A stretch of DNA of 55,138 nt from Synechococcus sp. (GTDB lineage Bacteria > Cyanobacteriota > Cyanobacteriia > Thermostichales > PCC-7336), in the NCBI GenBank assembly GCA_051439425.1, contig JBFRWD010000156.1, forward strand, positions 1 through 55,138, given 5' to 3'. The position numbers were made by a program, and so were the translations under genes. Positions within the stretch are counted from its first letter, which is position 1. Each line of letters starts with the position of its first letter. Below, one piece after another: positions 50,163 through 55,138 of the stretch. The notes beneath the pieces were generated by a model. That model was not told where the DNA came from and ran no database searches. It saw only the letters and a list, made by a program, of their open reading frames with translations.

Positions 50163-51848
50163 ATGATGGTTTTGCCTGGATTGCAAAGATTGCAGACCTA
50201 CCGACCGGAATGGTGGCGGGGGGATGTAGTTGCAGGATTAACGGTAGCGGCCTATCTGATTCCGCAATGTATGGCGTATGGCGAGCTGGCAGGGGTGGAG
50301 CCGGTGGCAGGATTGTGGGGGATTCTGCCGGCGATGTTGATATATGCCCTATTGGGGTCGTCACCTCAACTGTCTGTTGGGCCCGAATCGACGACAGCAG
50401 TCATGACTGCAGCCGCAATTACTCCCCTCTCGGTACAGACTGGTCAGGAACCGGCTGAGTTGGCAGCAGTATTGGCTGTGATGGTGGGAGTCCTCTGTGC
50501 GATCGCCTATATTGCCCGCTTGGGGTTCGTGGCCAACCTATTGTCAAAGCCGATTTTGGTGGGATATATGGCAGGGGTAGCAGTGTTGATGATAGCGGGT
50601 CAACTCGGAAAGGTTGGCGGCTTTTCATTGCAATCTGAAACCGTCTATGGGGAAGTATGGGAGTTTTTCGCTCATATCACTGCCTTGCACTTGCCTACGC
50701 TATTCTTGGCTACTTTAGTACTGGTGTTTTTGTTGGTGTTTCAGCACCGCTATCCCACGGCTCCAGGGGCATTACTGGCGGTATTGCTGGCGACAGGTGT
50801 GACAGCGCTGTTTCATCTCAACCAGCAGGGGGTAATGGTGGTTGGGCAGATTCCGGCTGGGCTGCCTCGGCTCATCTTGCCAAGCTTGGAGCCCTCCCTC
50901 GCAATGTCGTTACTGGCCATTGCAGCGGGGATTGCCATTGTGGGGTATTCGGATAATGTTCTGACGGCTCGTGCATTTGCAGCACGTAATGGCTATCGCA
51001 TCAACATCAATCAAGAGTTGTTGGCTTTGGGTATTGCGAATATCGGGGCGGGATTGACTCAGGGGTTTCCCCTCAGTAGCAGTGGTAGTCGAACGGTCTT
51101 GGGGGATGCATCTGGAAGCCAATCGCAGGTGTTCTCGCTAGTGGCATTTGCTGTTGTTGTTGCTGTCCTCCTTTTTCTCCGACCCGTTCTGGCACTGTTC
51201 CCCTTGTCTGCATTGGGCGCAATTGTGATCTTTGCTGCACTGAGATTGATTGAAGTTTCCGAATTTGTGCGTCTGTGGCGGTTTCGAAAGTCGGAGTTTT
51301 TGTTAGCGATTGCCACGACAATCGGTGTGCTCGCAACTGACATCCTGATTGGAGTAGGGGTCGCAGTTGTACTATCAATTTTGGATTTGCTGATTCGGGT
51401 GGCTCGACCTCACGATGCAGTGTTGGGGCGCGTTCAGGGGTTGGAAGGGTGGCACGATATTGAGGATTGGGAGCAGGTAGAAACTGTTCCGGGGCTCCTC
51501 ATTTATCGATACGATGCCCCGCTGTGTTTTGCCAATGCAGACGATTTTAAGCAACGTGCTTGGTCTGCTATTCAGGAGCTGCAGTTTGGCGAAGCAGGGG
51601 AGATGGTTAAGTGGTTTGTACTGAATGCAGAGTCGATCTCGGAGATCGATGTCACGGCGTTCGACATGCTGAATGAATTTCATGCCGAACTTGCCAGCAA
51701 CGGCATCCACTTTTGTATGGCGAAAGTCAAGCAGGACTTGTACGTCCAATTGCAGCGATCAGGCTTACTGGCGCGGATGGGAGCGGACGGTGTCTTTCCT
51801 ACGATTTCTAGTGCTGTCTCGGCACATAGTAGTTTGAAACGTGATTGA
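50163..51848 (+). CDS. SulP family anion transporter with STAS domain
   Basis: DVVAGLTVA..LIPQ.MAY..LAG, GSS.QLSVGP, NQELLALG.AN, SS.SRT, YRYDAPLCFANA, IDVTA. Confidence 0.93.
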   Translation: MMVLPGLQRLQTYRPEWWRGDVVAGLTVAAYLIPQCMAYGELAGVEPVAGLWGILPAMLIYALLGSSPQLSVGPESTTAVMTAAAITPLSVQTGQEPAELAAVLAVMVGVLCAIAYIARLGFVANLLSKPILVGYMAGVAVLMIAGQLGKVGGFSLQSETVYGEVWEFFAHITALHLPTLFLATLVLVFLLVFQHRYPTAPGALLAVLLATGVTALFHLNQQGVMVVGQIPAGLPRLILPSLEPSLAMSLLAIAAGIAIVGYSDNVLTARAFAARNGYRININQELLALGIANIGAGLTQGFPLSSSGSRTVLGDASGSQSQVFSLVAFAVVVAVLLFLRPVLALFPLSALGAIVIFAALRLIEVSEFVRLWRFRKSEFLLAIATTIGVLATDILIGVGVAVVLSILDLLIRVARPHDAVLGRVQGLEGWHDIEDWEQVETVPGLLIYRYDAPLCFANADDFKQRAWSAIQELQFGEAGEMVKWFVLNAESISEIDVTAFDMLNEFHAELASNGIHFCMAKVKQDLYVQLQRSGLLARMGADGVFPTISSAVSAHSSLKRD

Positions 51849-52036
51849 GAATTGAGACCTTACCGTCCCGTGTAGGGAGGCCTTTCTTTAGGCCAGGCTA
51901 ATAATTGGGCAGGAGCGCGAGCATTTGTAAGGGGGGGGAGGCTGCTCGTTTTATGCTGAATTCGATCGCACTCCTTATCACCAACTCCCTCACCCATTAC
52001 ATTGAATAGGCCAGAATTCGTTGTAGGTGACGATCG

Positions 52037-52210
52037 ATGAGTACCGCAGTTATTATTGCCGGACTATGCCTGTTTTATTGCTGTGGCTGTTATGTCATCG
52101 CCCAGAATACCCGTAGGAATTATCGTGGGCCTGGGCGATGGATTCTGGTGGGTTTCTGGCCGGTCTTCATCGTGGCGTCTCCTCGGTTTCGCAAAAGCCT
52201 AAAGCGTTAA
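52037..52210 (+). CDS. small membrane protein (57 aa, below the ORF-track cutoff)
   Basis: MSTAVIIAGLCLFYCCGCYVIAQNTRRNYRGPGRWILVGFWPVFIVASPRFRKSLKR; AGGTGA upstream; two hydrophobic segments and basic tail. Confidence 0.55.
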   Translation: MSTAVIIAGLCLFYCCGCYVIAQNTRRNYRGPGRWILVGFWPVFIVASPRFRKSLKR

Positions 52211-52554
52211 CGCCTATTTGATTGTTCAGGGGGTGGTTTTGCTCGATGGCCTCCTTTACTCAGGTGCTTCCCCCAACTCGTAGAATCCTGACCGTGTTCA
52301 ATGGCTTTAATTTGAGTCATAAACATACATTCAAGTATCCGTATGTCGATCTGGAATAAGTATTTGTTCGGATCTCGTGGCTATTTGAGTGTAATAAGTT
52401 ACGTCTGCGACTTCGACTTCAATCTATACAATCAACGGTAACCACGGCATTGATTTGAAGATATTGCATTCGAGAGAACAGCTAAGACAAGTTGATTGGC
52501 TAGACTTCTCATTCTGTAAGCGTTCTAGGCTGCCAAAATGTCCTAACGTTCCGA

Positions 52555-52803
52555 TTGGCTGCTATAGCTGCTATTTCTAGGCGAACGTTCTTGCTAGGGA
52601 CTCAACTGTTGGACGCAGCAGAGTATCGAGACAAGTATTACTTTCGCAAAACGATATTTTCAGGTAGGGCGCTAGCTCTCTCCAACTATGCCAAAGACAT
52701 ATCCTGCGGAATTGATTGTTTTTTAGTCGAGGAAGGCCAAGAATTTAGTCTTTGGCAAGCCCTGCCAGCCGCCCTGTCTGATGTTCTTGAAGAGGTGGAA
52801 TAG
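52555..52803 (+). CDS. small hypothetical protein, cyanobacterial type (start uncertain)
   Basis: Y....F...A....C.LVEE...SLW pattern recalls small cyanobacterial alpha/beta domains (from memory only); TTG start. Confidence 0.45.
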   Translation: MAAIAAISRRTFLLGTQLLDAAEYRDKYYFRKTIFSGRALALSNYAKDISCGIDCFLVEEGQEFSLWQALPAALSDVLEEVE

Positions 52804-52905
52804 GACTGAACGGGATTGCTGGGCGTTTCCAATCCTTGCGAGGTCATGACATAAGTTCGCGGGATCTACGGCGGTTTGGCCAAGGCCATGCTGTTATACG
52901 CTTTC

Positions 52906-52989
52906 AGCAATCAGCTATGAAGAATCCTCAAGCCATTTTTCCCGGGAGCTCGAGGGTTGGAGCTTCCAGACCCTACAGCGGATTGCGAT
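52906..52989 (+). mobile_element. degenerate family A miniature element
   Basis: AGCAATCAGCTATGAAGAATCCTC...CCAGACCCTACAGCGGATTGCGAT aligns with the family A ends. Confidence 0.6.
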
Positions 52990-53094
52990 GGCAGTTGTGT
53001 GGCATACGGTGTGACGTGTCGAAAAGAAGATAGCTCGGATGGGATGAGTCGATGGTTGCCCTATTCAAGAACGCGACTGGATTTACAGTCTGCA

Positions 53095-53577
53095 TTACCG
53101 CTGCTGTTGGAATGCAGACTGTAAATCCAGTCGGACGTTGTTGGGGACAAGATGCTCGATTGGACCACCATGCCGAGCGATTTCTTTTACAACGCTACTA
53201 CTAAGAAAGCTATGCTCTGTCGAACATGATAGGAAAATGGTTTCCAGCTCGGGCTCCAATGTTTTATTCGTGTGAGCCATCTGGAGTTCGAACTCAAAAT
53301 CAGACACTGCTCTCAATCCACGAATCAGCACAGCCGCATTTTGCTGGCGAGCATGAGTAACGGTGAGTCCCGCGAAGGTCGATACATCCACATTGGACCA
53401 TTGTTGGGTGGCGGTGGCGATCTGCTGTAGCCGTTGCTCGATGGTAAACAATGGCTGCTTGGTTGGACTTTTTAAGACGGCGACGATCAGGCGATCGAAT
53501 AGACGGGCGGCTCTTGCGATGATATCTAGGTGGCCAAACGTGACCGGATCGAAACTGCCGGGATAAAGTGCAATCAT
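53095..53577 (-). CDS. coaD: phosphopantetheine adenylyltransferase
   Basis: [44 protein letters not shown]. Confidence 0.97.
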   Translation of the reverse strand: MIALYPGSFDPVTFGHLDIIARAARLFDRLIVAVLKSPTKQPLFTIEQRLQQIATATQQWSNVDVSTFAGLTVTHARQQNAAVLIRGLRAVSDFEFELQMAHTNKTLEPELETIFLSCSTEHSFLSSSVVKEIARHGGPIEHLVPNNVRLDLQSAFQQQR

Positions 53578-53641
53578 TCTGTGGCTTAGCAACGGTATTT
53601 TAGGAATAAGGTGAGGGGACTCTGGGTGAACGGTGCTATCG

Positions 53642-54736
53642 CTAGACGTTGAACCGGAATAAAATCACATCCCCTTCGTTCACCACATACTCTTTGCCTT
53701 CGCTGCGTACTAACCCTTTCTCTTTTGCCGCGGAAATGGATCCCATGGTGACCAGGTCTTGATAAGCGACCGTTTCGGCTTTGATGAAACCGCGTTCGAA
53801 ATCCGAGTGAATGACCCCCGCAGCCTGCGGAGCGGTGGCACCTGACGGAATCGTCCAAGCACGGGTTTCTTTTTCACCAGAGGTAAAGTAAGTTTGCAGT
53901 CCTAGTAATTCGTACGTTGCTCGCACCAGAGATTTTAAGCCCCCTTCTTCTACCCCAAGGGATTCTAGAAAATCTTGCCGTTCCGCTTCATCAAGTTCAA
54001 TTAACTCGGCTTCTACCTGGGCAGAAATCGTTACAACCCCTGCCCCCTCGCTAGCAGCCATTTTCCTGACTTGCTCAACATACTCGTTGCCGGATGCCAG
54101 TTCTTCCTCCGAGACATTGGCTGCATAGATAATCCGTTTGCGAGTCAACATGCCCAGCGACTTAATGAGCGCATCCTCGTCTTCGGTCAGCTCCACCGCG
54201 CGGGCGGGTTGGCCTTCATCTAAGGCTGTCTGCAGTCGCTCTAGCGCTTCCATTTCAATTTTGGCTTCTTTGGTGCCGCTTTTCGCCTGCTTGCGCAGTC
54301 GTTCCATCCGCCGTTCGATTTGGGCGAGGTCGGCTAAGGCCAGCTCTAGATTAATTACGGCAGCATCCCGCACGGGATCGACCGACCCGGACACATGTAC
54401 CACATTGGGATCCTCGAAGCAGCGCACTACTTGCACGATCGCATCCACCTGGCGGATGTGCGAGAGAAATTGGTTGCCCAATCCTTGCCCCTGACTGGCC
54501 CCCTCGACTAAGCCAGCGATATCCACAAACTCGATGCGGCTGGGTACGACCTGCTTGGACTGACTGATATCTGAGAGGACTTGCAAGCGAGGATCGGGGA
54601 CCGAGACCAAGCCGACATTGGGCTCGATCGTGCAGAAGGGAAAGTTAGCGGCCTCTGCCTTTGCGTTCTCGCATAAAGCATTAAATAGGGTGGATTTCCC
54701 AACGTTTGGCAGCCCTACAATTCCAGCTCGCAACAT
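53642..54736 (-). CDS. ychF: redox-regulated ATPase YchF (Obg family)
   Basis: [59 protein letters not shown]. Confidence 0.98.
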   Translation of the reverse strand: MLRAGIVGLPNVGKSTLFNALCENAKAEAANFPFCTIEPNVGLVSVPDPRLQVLSDISQSKQVVPSRIEFVDIAGLVEGASQGQGLGNQFLSHIRQVDAIVQVVRCFEDPNVVHVSGSVDPVRDAAVINLELALADLAQIERRMERLRKQAKSGTKEAKIEMEALERLQTALDEGQPARAVELTEDEDALIKSLGMLTRKRIIYAANVSEEELASGNEYVEQVRKMAASEGAGVVTISAQVEAELIELDEAERQDFLESLGVEEGGLKSLVRATYELLGLQTYFTSGEKETRAWTIPSGATAPQAAGVIHSDFERGFIKAETVAYQDLVTMGSISAAKEKGLVRSEGKEYVVNEGDVILFRFNV

Positions 54737-55138
54737 GGAGTCAATCGCTAATCAGTCCTTATCGACAGTAGCATTCAGAGCTGCCAACAGCGTTGTGCTG
54801 GCAGACTTATCGAGCCGTTGAGCATCGGTTCGGTTTACCTATTATCTAGCCTGGTCAGGTTTCGAGGGATGAGGGAGTTCGTCGGGAGTGTTTATCGCGC
54901 CTGCGGTCAGTCGCTAGACAGGCGTCACACATCTCTGGCTCGTTTTCTGAGCGTGAAAAGTGCCGATGGATTTTTGAGCGGAAGGTGATACCGAGAGAGA
55001 GCGGCTGCTGGAGAGCGACCAAATCGGTATCTCGGCAAAAAACTACCTTTTGCCTGGTTATGCGAGGCCAAAAATATGAGATCGTGAACTTTAGATTTCA
55101 GAATATATTGCAACGTAATTTAGCGATCGCATTCACAC

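Larger units (their letters stand above)
1..55138. repeat. HIP1 octamer GCGATCGC dispersed through the backbone
   Basis: Examples at 1332, 19976/19982 (overlapping), 22012, 33050; none seen by eye between 22020 and 33049. Confidence 0.85.

Noticed and set aside
1..55138. CRISPR array, tRNA or rRNA genes
   Set aside because: No regularly spaced repeat-spacer array or recognisable structural RNA gene was seen; tandem repeats here lack unique spacers.

Overview
Cyanobacterial chromosomal window, judged from abundant HIP1 GCGATCGC octamers, a Rubisco-activase-like gene, a Z-ISO/NnrU gene and a cyanobacterial LptD-like gene. The backbone is mostly housekeeping and transport: AraC-VOC-EamA cluster, BMP-type ABC importer, MsbA-like ABC exporter, rhomboid, pheT, rsmD, pcrA, double histidine phosphatase, SulP, coaD and ychF. 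It also carries a very large surface protein (tandem beta-barrel-like repeats, acidic stalk, 3 cadherin-like domains) coupled to a TPR gene, and a NACHT-HEAT NLR-like gene. The standout is an AT-rich, apparently HIP1-free island (~23.1-32.7 kb) with an IS630 remnant at its left edge. It holds a two-gene operon: a nucleoside phosphorylase/nucleosidase (PNP) domain fused to a SIR2-like domain whose catalytic motifs are substituted, followed by an nSTAND1 NTPase-TM-WD40 protein. This is a candidate split NLR-like defence/conflict system. Two families of ~90-100 bp TA-flanked miniature inverted-repeat elements are present, one nested inside the other. All calls come from motif recognition by eye; no database searches were run.
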